A DNA stretch of 64,000 nt from Marsupella aquatica (taxonomy: Eukaryota; Plantae; Marchantiophyta), in contig OZ316891.1 in NCBI GenBank assembly GCA_973895155.1, forward strand, positions 27,105,254-27,169,253. The letters are read 5' to 3'. Positions 50,376 through 62,668 of this stretch are shown here, in pieces (position 1 is the first letter of the stretch; each line of letters starts with the position of its first letter). The notes under the pieces are model-generated. The model saw nothing but the letters and a program-made list of their open reading frames with translations. It did not search any database and was not told the DNA's origin. The translations under genes were made by a program, and so were the position numbers.

Positions 50376-53300
50376 ATGTCTAATTCAGTCGTGCTTCTTT
50401 GTCCTGATACTGGGGAGATTGTAAGCATCCCTTTAGGTTCATCCGACACGTACAAACAGGTCAGTGAGAACTATCTTTGTTGAAGATTTGACGTTGCCAT
50501 CAACGACATCGATTCCATCAAACCAGACCATGCATCTGGAGAGGAGACAGATGACGCACTATTTGATATCGATGATGGAGTCAGATTTTGGCACCTCAAC
50601 GCTGGAAAGAGATACATTATCAATCTCCGACAACATTCCGTTCTGAATGAAAGACATCCGGTTCCATTCATTGACCTTACCGAGAGTGAAGAGGAGGAGG
50701 TAGCCGTAGATTTGCAGACATCGGCCAATCCAGGGCCTTCTATCAAGATAGAAGGTCACTCTCCTTCCGAGCCAAACGTTTTGGGGGGTGTTGTGTACCG
50801 TCGAAGCGCAATGGATGCCATTCTCAAATCAATTGGCCATAGTGAACTGTCGCGGTTCATCCGAACAAGTGATTTCAGGCATTGGCAGGTGAATTGTCTA
50901 CCAAGTAAATACAATGGAAATGTTGTGTTTGAATTGCCTCCCGCAGAAGGTCTGCTATCAAAAGGTTCGAGGCTCCGTGACATGGACAGGCCTAAAGACT
51001 ACTACTTCTGGACACGGATATTTCCAACTTCTGCGAATGTCCAACCTAAAAAGTTTTGGGAATTTGGTAAAGTGACGTGTACCGGTGCACTCAAATGTCG
51101 AAATCAGAAATGTGATTATCTGCTGCGGAAGAGAAGAAGAAATTCAAAAGCTTGGGATGGGACACCCAAACTTGCGGGGCCACATACTGTGGGAAAGATT
51201 ATTGAGGAGGGTGGAGTAGTTTGTCACTACTGCCAACAATTGCCCTTTTGTACTGAAGCTTGTTCAGCAATGCTTTTTTATATGTACCCGCAATTACTTC
51301 TCAACGCGGATACATGTAAACATATGTCACGTCTTGCTGTGCATGTCGGAACTCATGCGCATCCCAGTTGTAAAGTTTTTTCTCGAGGTGCGGAAAAGAT
51401 TGCTCATGAGTTCATAAAGAAGCAACATGAAGCTACACCGTCTACCACACCATCGGGTATAAAGAATGCCATAACTGGATCTTTAAGGAAGGCTCTTTGT
51501 GTGTCCAACAATGACATCGCAGAATCGGAGGAAAGAGAAATTTGGGAGTCGTTAATGGTTGTTTTGACCCCTCAAAAGTTTGCATCTCTTTTTTGGAGTG
51601 TTCGGCAAGACCAAAAAGGTAAAGGTGAGTTAGAGTTTCTTGTGGAAATGCAGAAATGCATAAAGTTTCCATTTCTACAACGTTACATGCTGCCAGGTCA
51701 AGGCTGTAAGGAGGAGCGACCGCATATTTTCAAAATGACGGTAAAAGGGCACGGATCTGGAGTTGATTTGTTGCGCCAAATGCAACCTGGAGGTCGACTA
51801 GAAGGCGCATGGGCTAGTTTTGATGTGATGAGGAGAATGACCAAGGATTGGATAACTTTTAGCACTCACGTTTATGATCACAATTACCGTGCTCTTTGCA
51901 CAATCTTCACATGTGAGTTGAAAGCTGAAGATTCTGAGTCGTTAGAAAAAGCTTGGAATTTGATGATTGAGGCTTGCCATGAAAATGGGTTAGACAACGT
52001 AGTAATCCATGGATTCATGGCTGACAATGCTCAAGCTGGATGGAATGCTGTTCGGAATGTGTTTTTTGGTGGACATCCTAACCCCAAAAAGGAGCGATCG
52101 GATGCGTTTCACTTCTATCAATCGTTTCATCGTCATTCAATTGGAGTATTGGAAGAAAAACGAGAAGAGCACCGGAAGATGTGGGACTCTTTAAGGAACG
52201 CGCCAACATTTCTTGGAGCCTACAAAATTTCCAGGGAAATTGACATGTGGTGGAGATCAGGGAATTGTGTTCCAAGAAAGCTTCGGATGCTCCAAGGTTG
52301 GCTTGCGTGGTGGGTGGTCCGATGGCGTCAATGGGGAAATTTCATTCGTTTGGTGAGTTTCAACATCCATAAACAAACTGTAAACACACGAATCAACATT
52401 TTAAAAGAAGGAATCAAACAAAGTCATACTAGCGCTTGGCGCTATCATTATTTCCAGTGACTTTTGTGTCCTAGTTCCACTCCAATATTTGCCCGAGTTT
52501 TTATACTAGCGCCCGACGCTACTTTTATGAACCACTTGTTACTCGTATTTGTCCATATTCTAGTGTGAATGGTGGTAGCGCCAGGCGCTGGCATTGATTA
52601 AACCCGGAAATCTAACCAAATGATTTGGTTCAAATGTTTCTTTATTGAATGCAGTGACTAAGCCATATTTCCTAAACTGTGCTCCAAATGTTTTGTGCAG
52701 AACAAAAGCGTAGAGGAAAGCGCTATGATTCCTAACTGTACTACTTCAGAGGCGGCACATTCCATAATGAAGGCTTGGCAAACTAAGAAAAAGGCTGGTC
52801 TATTTGAAGCATGTGAGATGGATCAAAATAGGGCTCTTTCACAAGTTGCTGCATATACGGCGTATAAGAGAGGTCTTAACCAAGGAACCGGACCTACAAT
52901 TTGGGAATTGGCATTCCGTTCGGCAGACCAGGCAGGTTCTTCAAAAATTTTCCAAGATGCTTCCAATATGCTTCTTTCCGGTGCGGCTGAATTCGACCTG
53001 GAAAGGAGTGGCCCTCTCAATGGGGATGTTACCACAAAGTCTATGAAGAGGAAAGGTCTAGCCTCTGGGAACATCTCGGCACAAGACTCCCATCGGCATG
53101 ACACTATTCTTGTAACATCACCAAATACTCGAGGCATGAAAAGGAAAAACTTAAACAAGACTGAATTCTCCCCCGTTGCATCGGGTCCTGTTCACCATGA
53201 CATTGGCGTTGTGGACCTGTCAGAAAGTGAAATTGAAGAAGGCAGACATTGGAGTACTCCGCCCTGGAGGAGGTCAACAAGGTTGTCTGCAGCCTCCCAA

Positions 53301-54237
53301 CCTCCCAACCTCCAAAAGGTCTGCACCTCCCAACCTCCAAAAGGTTGTCCATGACTCAGTTGTGTTGGAGATAGATGTGCGACCAGGGGCGTGGCACCTA
53401 CGAAGAGTGACAAGACATGGTGCAGGGCCTCAGTGTAATGGATCTCTTGGTGGAAAATTGGATCGAGATGACTGTCGCAATCGTCTTAAAAAGGTTGGTT
53501 ACCCATCAACAGATGGTGTAGTTGGCATTGTTGTCAAAGGATATCGCGTGTTCAGGGGAGAAACACACCCTAAGATGATTTGGTTTTGTCCCAATAGTGC
53601 ATGCTATAAGAGCCGGCCCGGTCGTAATGTGGTGAATCTTCCCCCATTTCCTCATAGCCTGCCCGTTTTGAAAGGAACTAATCTTTCCGAGGCTGAGGTC
53701 CAATTCCTGACTCAGCAAGGGATTGCTATCAATCTAGAGGCCGGACGTCAGGTTGCTCCACCTCCTTTTGACTTGCGAATCAATGTGAACCTTTTCCCGG
53801 AGAAAATCAATCTCCTTGAGCCAAATATCCGCCTTCGGAGCAGGAATGGTAAAAATACAATCCCACGTTCAAATCTTTCGCAAGGGCACAACAAAAGAAT
53901 TGAATCCGCAAACAAGGAGTCGATGACCCTCGTTCAACAATTTGATGTTTCTGTTGGGAACTCTTAGGGCAAACAATTTCAGATCCAAACCCAAGAGAGA
54001 CTTCGCACGGCAAACACTTATTGGGTACAGATTTGCATTTTCCCATGTTGTTCTTGTGAGGACTTCTATCGTCACCATTCTCATGGTAGGCCCTTCATGC
54101 CGTGCAAGCATCTCTATTGGGTGTATACCAACGTCCTAAAACTAGATGTGGTGGATTCAACTTTGGCTAGTCAGCCAATTCTGACTGTAGGAGAGGTGAG
54201 GCTCATTCTAGCTAGGCAGAATTCTTTGGACTTATAG
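50376..54237 (+). pseudogene. MULE-like transposase with GCM/WRKY-like Zn domain, DDE core and C-terminal SWIM finger
   Basis: C.G.L.C...C...CHYC...C...HVGTHAHP; SFD, FMADNAQAGWNAVR, (C>D)AFH, TTSEAAHS; SWIM CSCEDF...PCKHLYWV at about 54050-54120. Intron 52353-52700; frameshifting microduplication at about 53290-53345; in-frame TAG at 53965. Start approximate. Confidence 0.85.
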
Positions 54238-57200
54238 ACTAGACATTTAGTAACGTTCAACGGCTCCAAACTGATTTGTCGCATTGGAATGTTTCACATC
54301 TTTTCAATGATACCTAATCAGATACTCATTTTCTTTACACATTTTGTTATAACATATGGCTAGCGCCGGGCGCTAGCTTCAGTTTGTCCCTTTCTGAGTG
54401 AATCTTGTTTGATTATGGTCCAAATGCTTTCCAGTACTTATCTTTGCGATCGGAATCTCCGTTTGTGAACTTTCCTATATTTGAGTTCTTCTCGTGGGAT
54501 ATAAATCTTCCCCTTCCAGGTCACACTTCATTGAAGTGTACTTTATTATTTATTTATGAACACCGTTCAATCCATTTGGTCTCATCTCAAACCCCTTGGT
54601 TTTTTTGTTAGCGCCTAGCGCTATTACATAGTACCTTACCGATTCCGATGATATTTTAAAGATTGGTATTTTTGGAGTGTGCCTCACCTCAGTAGCCTAT
54701 GTATGGTGGGACCCACTCAATGGTTTACGCATATATGGTGGACAAGTAATTCAGTTACAGAGACAGCATGTGAATTTTGTTGTTCCAAGGAACCCGATCA
54801 AGTCTTACCTTTCCATCAAAAATGGGCCGAAAACTTCATATCTTTACTAGTAACAGTTCCTGTTTTCCTGTTAACAGGAATCCTGTTTTCCTGTTTCCTG
54901 TCTCGGTGGTGATGTCCGCCAAATTCGATTCCAGCAAAGGTAGTCAGAGGCCTGAGGTCTCAGGAGTTGGTATGCATGATTATTGGGCAATTTAAAAACC
55001 TTCAGCGGGACAACCTGGTCCAACCACCGCTACCACCATGCCCCCGACTCAAGTCCAGTATTGCAGCAGCGTCTTGCACATATTAGCAGCAGTACTTGTT
55101 GACAACAATCTCTATGAGCCTACGCCCGCCCTCTCAGCAAACGCCAACAACTAGTAAAATCCCTCTAGCGTTGTGCCTCAGATACCCAGCAGTCAAAGAT
55201 CTTGCATATTCCAAGCCTTCCACAAATCTACACAGTGAACTCCGTGTGGGCACAAGACCAAGTGGTTAAGCCTTTCATGCAGCGAATAGAATCCTGTATG
55301 CTCCATCTCCCAGTATAACCAACAGCCCTAGGGACAAAGGAGTTTGCCCTGAGGTTCTCCCATGCTTTCCAGATTCCCCAAGTGTATGTTATACTGCACC
55401 TTGATTGAGGAGTGCACAACAGTAACTTATCCTCAAATTTGTAGTGATTCCATTGAATCACCCTAAAGTTCAGCCATCCCATAAGACATAGGTTAGTAGC
55501 GAGCCCATTCTGTTCTAGGGTAGTCAAGTGCCTTCATAAACCACTATGTCAAGAGGGCATCCGAATGACTTCAAAAGTCCCTAAGCCCCAGCCCGCCTTC
55601 CACCTTAGGTCTAGCCATCTTTTCCCAAGCCACCAGAGGGATTCTCTTCCAACCAGCCGGATTAAAGGCTTTTTCAAAATTGAGCTTTAAAAACAGAGCT
55701 GCCTTCTTACGATTGTGTACCTAATCACTTTTAAGCCAAGCAAGAGAAATATTCTCTAAAATATATCTGCTTGGGATAAACCCTGTCTGCTGAGGGGTAA
55801 TCAGGTTGCATAGTAGATGCTTAATTTGAAGAGCCACCAATTTGACCAGTATTTTGTAGCTGGTGTTTAGCATGTTCAAAGGGTGCTAGTCTTTTAGATA
55901 TCGTTTATCCGGTTTTTTGGGATCATCTTTATTAAACCTTCTTTGATCTCAGCAGCCAGCTCGCCTGTCAGCCAAAAGTCTTGTATCATTGCCACCAAGT
56001 CTTCCTTCATAAAGTCCCAACAGGCCCTGGATACTTCCATAGTGAGCCCATCCGTCCTCAAAGCCTTGTCCTCCGGGAGAAGCCACAACACTGCTTTCAC
56101 TTCTGAGAGCGTAGGAAGCGCCTCCATTGTGCATGTCTCAGTAGCCGTAAAGGAATACCTGGTGTTCCTCATCAGAATGCACCAATTGCGCCTGCTTCCG
56201 ATCAAATCAGCCTGTGGGGGCTGCCCGGTGAGTACAATGCCTCACACTACTGTTTCACTTCACCAATAATCTCCTTAAAGTTTATAATAATTGTTCCATC
56301 CTCCTTTACCAACATCCTCATTGCCTCCCTCTCTCTTTTGGCCTTGACGGTGGCAAAATAAAACTTAGTCGATTGCTCGTCTTTTCCCAGCCACCTGATT
56401 TTGGCTAACCGTTTAGACTGATGTGCCACCTCCACCTCCGTAGTGTGCAACTGGTCTTCCCATCACAGTAGCTCTGACAGTTCATCAGTCGAGTATTTAT
56501 CTACAATTGTTGTCTTAAGTATTCTCACTTGATCTCTCAAAAAATTCATCTCTTCCTTACCCTGTCTTGGGGAAGCTTGTATCTCCATGTATTTCTTCCT
56601 CATCCTGCCACTAGCTCTAGAGAATCATAAGTGGGGATTAAGTTCTCCCGTTCCACCCTCGCACCAAGCAGCCTCCAATAGATCCATCTTCTTTTGCTCC
56701 TTGAGAAGGGACGGATTTGCCTTAAAAAAGCAAAGCAAACCTTACCTCTTTTTGTCACCAACTTCACAGTCTGCAAGCGCCATACGGCCACGATGGGGTC
56801 ATGATCTGACAATGCCGTGCCCCCATCATGTGTTAGTTCCACAGCACCAGCAATCCACCCTCCCTGGTCACTAAGGTAAAACCAATCCAGTCGAGACTGA
56901 GTAAGAGTTGTATTATGAAGGCGCCTCCATGTGTGTCTGGAACCAATCAGAGTGCTACCCAAATTATATACATCGATAAGATTCATGCGGACTTGTAAAA
57001 ACCTCCAAAATTCCACCTCCTGTCCCCTCAGCAAGGATGAGCCACCCAAAGAATCCAACCTGGTTTCAGTCATATTAAAGTCACCACACATGATCCACTT
57101 AGCTTGAGGAATAAATAGATAAATTCTTACTTGCTTGAGGTCTGAAATCACAACCAGAGCAACAATGAACCTATTTATGATTGTTACCCTATTGAACCAA

Positions 57201-58569
57201 AACCGGTTTGCCAGTTAAATGCAACTTCAAAAAAATCTAGTTGCCACCTTTCCCTACTGGGTGGAATCACAAGGAGCCAGCAAAAAAAAACAAAAAAACA
57301 AGGAGCCAGATTGCCTTCCTCTTGAAGTAAAAAAATGGCTGTCCTTATTCCTCAAAGTGGCAGCTCTCTATTGACTTGCAACAGATAGTAGCCCATGTTG
57401 TACTGTCAATGACAACAACAATTCAATGACAACAATTACTGCATAGCAACCAATTTTGTGTTTTTACTTTGAAGAGCTGTTGGCGGAAGTAGGGCATAAG
57501 GAACACTTGTGATCTAGAGAATGATTACACTTGATCTTAGCCAAATGCCCAAGACAAGGTATAAGAGATGATCTAGACAATTAGTTGGAGTACCCCTTGG
57601 TTATGTAAGTTTAATTTGATGTTATTCAACATCTAAGTTAGAGCACATGAAGAGTTGCATATTGGAATAAGATTGAATAGATGAGAGAAAAACGAGCAGA
57701 TTATTCATGGAAGAAGTGCATGCACATCGTTCCCTTGGTACTCCTATGTCCATAGAGTCCATGCAAATTGCTATAGAAGCCAAAGAGTTTCTTAATTATA
57801 TTCCTTTGGTATTCCATTATCCAAACAGTCGAAGGGTTTGTTTATTTGAAATGTTATTTTTCAGTTTTCAATTGGTTTTACAGTTAGAAGGTCTAATTGT
57901 TTTTCTTTGACTTTTTTCAAACACACAGTCTTGTTTGGTGCTTTTACATCACAAACCGTTTTGTTTGTGACCAATAGTGCTAATGTGACTGCATGTGCTT
58001 CCAGGGATTTTGGAAGGAACTTCCCATGGAGGTCCGTAATAATTAGGAAGACTGTTTTTGTTAAATTCACTAATATTGGAGGTAATTAGTAAATGAGCCC
58101 GCATACCTGTCCTTTTGAACTTAAATGAAGGTGAGGCCAAAAAGGATTTGCCTTTATCACAACGTCATGTTGTAGCGCACTTGCCCCTCGGATTAGTTAC
58201 TTCACTTACGTAGTCATATTGCCCCGCATAATGTAGATGCACTTGCCCTTTGGATTGGTTAGCTCCCAATTAATGTGCTCTGCTTCACAATTAAAGTATT
58301 GACTAGACTAAATGCCCATTGTTTGAATGTGAATAAAATGATGACAAAAATCATCATGCATGCTTGTCATTTTGATATACATAACATGCCATCATTTTTT
58401 CCGTGGACATAAATTTGGCGGGGCTATGGTTTGAGGCTTCATTCTAGAAGCCTAGACCCCAACTTTAGCTTCTGTTCGCGATTTACTAGTAAGATTTAAA
58501 AACTATGGGGATAATACAGTAATTTCCCCAAATTATTACTCTCCGTCATAATTATGGAAAGTAATGCTC

Positions 58570-60510
58570 AGATGGACCATTCCCATGAACCTCAGATGGT
58601 GCAGGTTACTGTTGACCAGAAGTGTATAGGTTTTCTTACAAAGATAAATGTTATTTGCTTACAAGCCAGGTTTTTATTTTGTCCATCTAGGCATCTTGTG
58701 GAATGTGTAGGGTGATGTGGGCTTGAGTTTGGTGTTATATGTCAAAGGGTGCACTTGCCCCTCAGTCAAAATAATAGTACTCCGGCAAGTGGATGATTCA
58801 GAGATGGACCAGATTACTCTTGACCGAAAGAGTATAGATTATCTTACAAAGAAAAGGAGTTATCTGCTCAGTATAAACATGGGTTTCCTTCCATTCAAGT
58901 GTTATATGTCAATCAACAAAAATACAGAATAATATTGAGTCTGGCTGCCCCATGAACCCAGATGGACCAGGTTGCTGTTGACCACAAGTGTATAATAACA
59001 GAATAATATTGACTTTGGCGGCCATTGCCCGGGACTCGGGTTACCATGTTGCCATGGAGCAACGACATGTCTTCCACCCCGGGGATGGTGTTTCGGACAG
59101 AAGGCAGGCTGATCTGTCTTTTCTAGGGCAGGTGTTTGTGCTCTTGGAGATGTGCTTGTTGCTTATCCGACTGGAGGCAGTCACGTTGTGGTTGCTGCCC
59201 ATGTGCCTGGCCATGGTGCAGCCAAGGCAGCCTGGCTTAAGGAGGAGGCATATGCAGTTTGCTACTGTGGAGATCTTTTCTACCCTTTTGCTCTATAGAT
59301 ATTTGGTGCTCTCCACCCCACCTTTGATCAGTTCCTCATGACTTGTGCAATTTTTTGTATTGAGTGGAGACCTTTTCCCCTTGTATCTGTCCTTACTGCC
59401 TTCTTTAGGTAAAGGGTATCCGTGGCTCTTCATAGGGCTCAGGCTTTCATTATCCTTTGTAGGGTCAAGGCAGTTGGTTTTAGGGCCTCTAGACAGATTC
59501 CACTTCGTGACCCTCCTATGCGGTTTACTGCGGAGCTCTACCAGGCTTTTCTGCTACTGCCTTGTTTAGATACAGGGCATCGGGCTTTCATAGTCCTATG
59601 TAGGGTCGAGGGTAGATAGATTCCCTTCTTGACCCTCCTATGCGGTTTACTCTAGAGCTCTACCAGGCTTTTATGTTCTCTGCACAATAGGGTTTTAGTC
59701 TTCTTTGCTCCCTTGGGGGCTCTTGGTTTTTGTCCTTGTTCTCAGATTGTGATGGGGGACTCCTTGCCTTGTTTGACCTCTTGGGTCTTCTTGGGGGCTG
59801 TCCCTCCCTCTTCTCTTTCCTTCCCTTTATTGGGTTGATTTGCCTTTGGGACAATGTCTCCAGGTTTGGCATATTTGCCCTTTGGCACTTTGATATATAG
59901 TATAGACGTTTTTACAAAGAAAAGTGTTATCAAGTACAAACAAAGTTTCCCTAGCCTTCTGTCCACAGGGGCATTTTGTCAAACATTTAAGTCCATGAGG
60001 GCTTGAGTTTAGTGTTATATATCTATCAACAAAATGACAAAATAATAAGACGTCTCACGGGCCCATGAACTGAGTGACCACAAGAGTATAGATGCCCTCA
60101 CAAAGAAAAATGTTATCTGAGTACAAACAAGGTCTCCCTTCTCTCCATCCGGGCATTTTGTCAAACGTATAGGTCCATGAGGGCTTGACTTACATGTCAT
60201 ATGTCATTCAACAAAAATAATAACAGAATTGAATGAGTCTAGCGGCCTGATGAACCCCGGATGGAGCAGGTTACTGTTGACCACAAGAGTATAGATCTTC
60301 TTACAAAGAAGTGTTATCACAAGAGTATAGATTTTCCTACAAAGAAAAGGTGTTATTACAAGAGAATAGATTTTCTTACAAATAAAAGTCTTATCTGAGT
60401 ACAAATCAAGGTTTCCTTGCTGTCCATCCATCGGGGCGTTTTGTCAAACGTTTCGGTCCATGGGGCCTTGCGATATGTCAATCAACAAAAATGACAGAAT
60501 AATAATAAAA
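58570..60510. repeat. About 180-bp degenerate tandem repeat (roughly 5-6 units), interrupted by a retroelement fragment
   Basis: Recurring CATGAACC..AGATGGA.CAGGTTACTGTTGACCACAAGAGTATAGA...CTTACAAAGAAAA.TGTTATC...GGGCATTTTGTCAAAC...ATATGTCAATCAACAAAA. Confidence 0.8.
59015..59890 (+). mobile_element. 3' fragment of a restriction-like-endonuclease (CRE/NeSL-type) non-LTR retrotransposon
   Basis: Across frames: GYHVAMEQ...RQADL...GDV.V..P...AA.AA..KE..Y....FYPFA...FGA.H..F..FL...RVSVALHRAQA, the PD-(D/E)xK RLE C-terminal pattern. Confidence 0.65.
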
Positions 60511-61764
60511 ATATGTCTGGCGGGCGGGCGGGCGGGCGGGCGCAGGCAGCTGGGGCAAGCTGCCTTGTCTCGCGGCTATGGACGTTGGGGAGAATGGAAA
60601 GGATTTCTAGAGCAGCTTGTGTGACGAAGGGCAATGGAGAGCCGAAGAGCTGTTCATTCGTGGCGCCGGGGCGGGAGTGAGGAGTAGTAGTAGTAGAGTG
60701 GTAGTCCGCCATCGCCACGAAGAGAAAGTGAACGAGAGAGTTTCGTGGACGAAGAAGACTTTGTTACCAGGCGGGACGAAAGGTCGAGTCGAGTCGAGTT
60801 GACTGAGAAGCAGCAGAGAGGGAGGGAGGGAGTGAGGGAGTAGTGAGCGATGACGACGATGGCAAAGGTAGGGCAGTGGTGGAGTAGAGAACTGGAGAAT
60901 GATCGGGAGATCCGGCGGGTGGAGCGTGGGAAAGTGAAGTTTGGGAGGGAGATTGGAAAAGAGACCAGTGTTGAGAGGCGGAAGAAGAGGACGGGGACGG
61001 ATTGAAAAAGCAAGGCAGGCTTCGTCGCCGGGGAGAGGGTGCGTATGGGTGTGGAGGTTGACGAGTTACTACTGTACTACCACCAGTGTACCATCTCAGT
61101 AGTAGTGAGTAGTCGAGTAGGAGTTGTATTTATTTGTCGACAAAGGGAGGGGAGCGAGTTAGGCTCGCTGAGCACAGTAGTCTGAGTCTGAAGCAGAGGA
61201 AGAGGGTGGCTGGCTGCGGCCTGAGGAGAGGCGATGATGATGCACTCGGTGGAGCGGAAGCAGGAGATTGTGATGAGCAAGGGGTCACACACGTGGAGGA
61301 ACTGGAAAACAAATCACGAGCCTGCGTCTTGTGGATGTCATTTCTCTAATAAGAGGAAAGAGTTGTTCTCTGAGATTCTCGGATGATGCAAACGTGTACA
61401 GTCGACTTGTAGGAGATGGTGCTGTTGAGTGGGAGTCAGGGAGAGTTGATGCAGCTGTCCCGACTATTGTGACAATTACTAGAAAGAAAGAGAGCAGCGA
61501 GTGATGCTTCCCGCTCGGGGCGGCATCGATAGTTGGCCTCGACACTATGTATCTTTTATTAAGCTTTCGTGATTTGTTAGTCTTTTGGTAGCATCTTTCG
61601 GAAGCGCCACTGCGGAAATTGTGAGAGACCAACTTGTACTTTGGACGAGGGCTTAACATTTCGGAGCTGGTTTTACGGACAGTAGAGTGGGCTCTCTGAA
61701 CTTATTTTCACCGAGCTTACTTCATTTTGGCACGGCCCTCGGAAGAAAGTGACGAGGCGACGAA

Positions 61765-62668
61765 ATGGCGAAGTCGAAAAATGCAAAGAAGGTTCTCGAC
61801 TCTTACACGGTCAAGGGTACTCACAAAGTTGTTAAAGGTGAGACTCCGTGGGATTGTTTTCCTGGTTTTGGAGGAAGCATGAAGTGTCGAGAAGCTGTTT
61901 ACATTGCATAGTGTATACTCTTACGGTATTAGCAGGCATTGTGTTGATACCTTCTAATTCATGTTGTTCGTAGCTGACTGTGAAGCGCTGGTGGTATTGA
62001 TGAGTGCAGCTGGAGACTGCGTATTAATGCGAGCTCAAGATTCTGACAAACCGCCGTATGTTGCGAGAATAGAAAAAATTGAGTCGGATAGCCGCAGTAA
62101 TGTCAAAGTGAGAGTGCGTTGGTACTACCGCCCGGAGGAGTCTATGGGTGGTCGTCGCCAATTTCATGGTCAAAAGGAATTGTTCCTATCTGATCATTAT
62201 GATATTCAAAGTGCTGATACGATAGAAGGCAAGTGTATAGTTCACTCTTTCAAGGCCTACACGAAGCTGGACAGTGTTGGCACTGATGATTACTTTTGCC
62301 GTTTCGAATATAAAGCTTCTACTGGCGGGTTTACTCCGGATAGAGTGGCTGTGTAAGTTTAACCTGACATATTTGCCCTAAATTATGAGCATCGATTGGA
62401 TTTCCTTTGGCACTCGCGCCTTCCGCCCCTGGCTATGTTCTCCTTCTTTGGTTGCATTACCTTTGGCATTGTTTGCTCAATAGTTCACCACTTTAGGTCT
62501 TGCTGTCAACTTGAAAACCCTAGTGTGCTAGTCTGTGCCATTAGTCAACTCTAGTCTGCTAGTCTGTTCCATTAGTCACAGGGACTGGTCTGCTTGCAGG
62601 TACTGTACGTGTGAGATGCCATACAACCCAGACGACTTGATGGTGCAGTGCGAGCAATGCAAGGATTG
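61765..62668 (+). CDS. EBS: BAH-PHD chromatin reader, EBS/SHL family (exons 61765-61837, 62010-62352, 62600-62668; remaining exons not found in window)
   Basis: [32 protein letters not shown]...PPYVARIE...[28 protein letters not shown]...[31 protein letters not shown]; canonical GT-AG junctions with matching phases. EBS versus SHL cannot be distinguished here. Confidence 0.95.

Larger units (their letters stand above)
43551..54623. repeat. Dispersed 15-bp palindrome TAGCGCCNGGCGCTA, 19 copies
   Basis: Starts at 43551, 43713, 43951, 44259, 45067, 45174, 46298, 46390, 47216, 48621, 49860, 49933, 50078, 50141, 52430, 52507, 52576, 54361, 54609. None noticed outside the element. Confidence 0.93.
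43351..54927. mobile_element. 11.6-kb Mutator-like (MULE-type DDE) DNA transposon with cargo gene
   Basis: Imperfect TIRs: left CAAATTTGG...AGACAGGAAACAGGAAAACAGGA, right TCCTGTTTTCCTGTTTCCTGTCT...CCAAATTCG. Interrupts a LINE; transposase inside. TSD not clean (ATTGGACAGC versus ATTCCAGC), so ends are uncertain by a few bp. Confidence 0.85.
42356..57110 (-). mobile_element. 5'-truncated L1-like LINE (APE endonuclease end, RT, zf-RVT), split by the Mutator-like element
   Basis: GDFNM, SRLDWFY, SDHDP, KA..TDGL..E, LKLNFEKA, W..RW..LW and zf-RVT motifs; T-run (poly-A on minus strand) at about 42358; 23-bp TSD ATAAATA(A/G)ATAAATTCTT(C/A)CTTG at 42333-42355 and 57111-57133 (21/23 match). Confidence 0.88.

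Noticed and set aside
43551-54623. Palindromic repeats as a CRISPR array or bacterial REP elements
   Set aside because: Spacing is irregular (about 60 bp to over 2 kb), copies sit in spliceosomal introns, there are no cas genes, and the context is eukaryotic.
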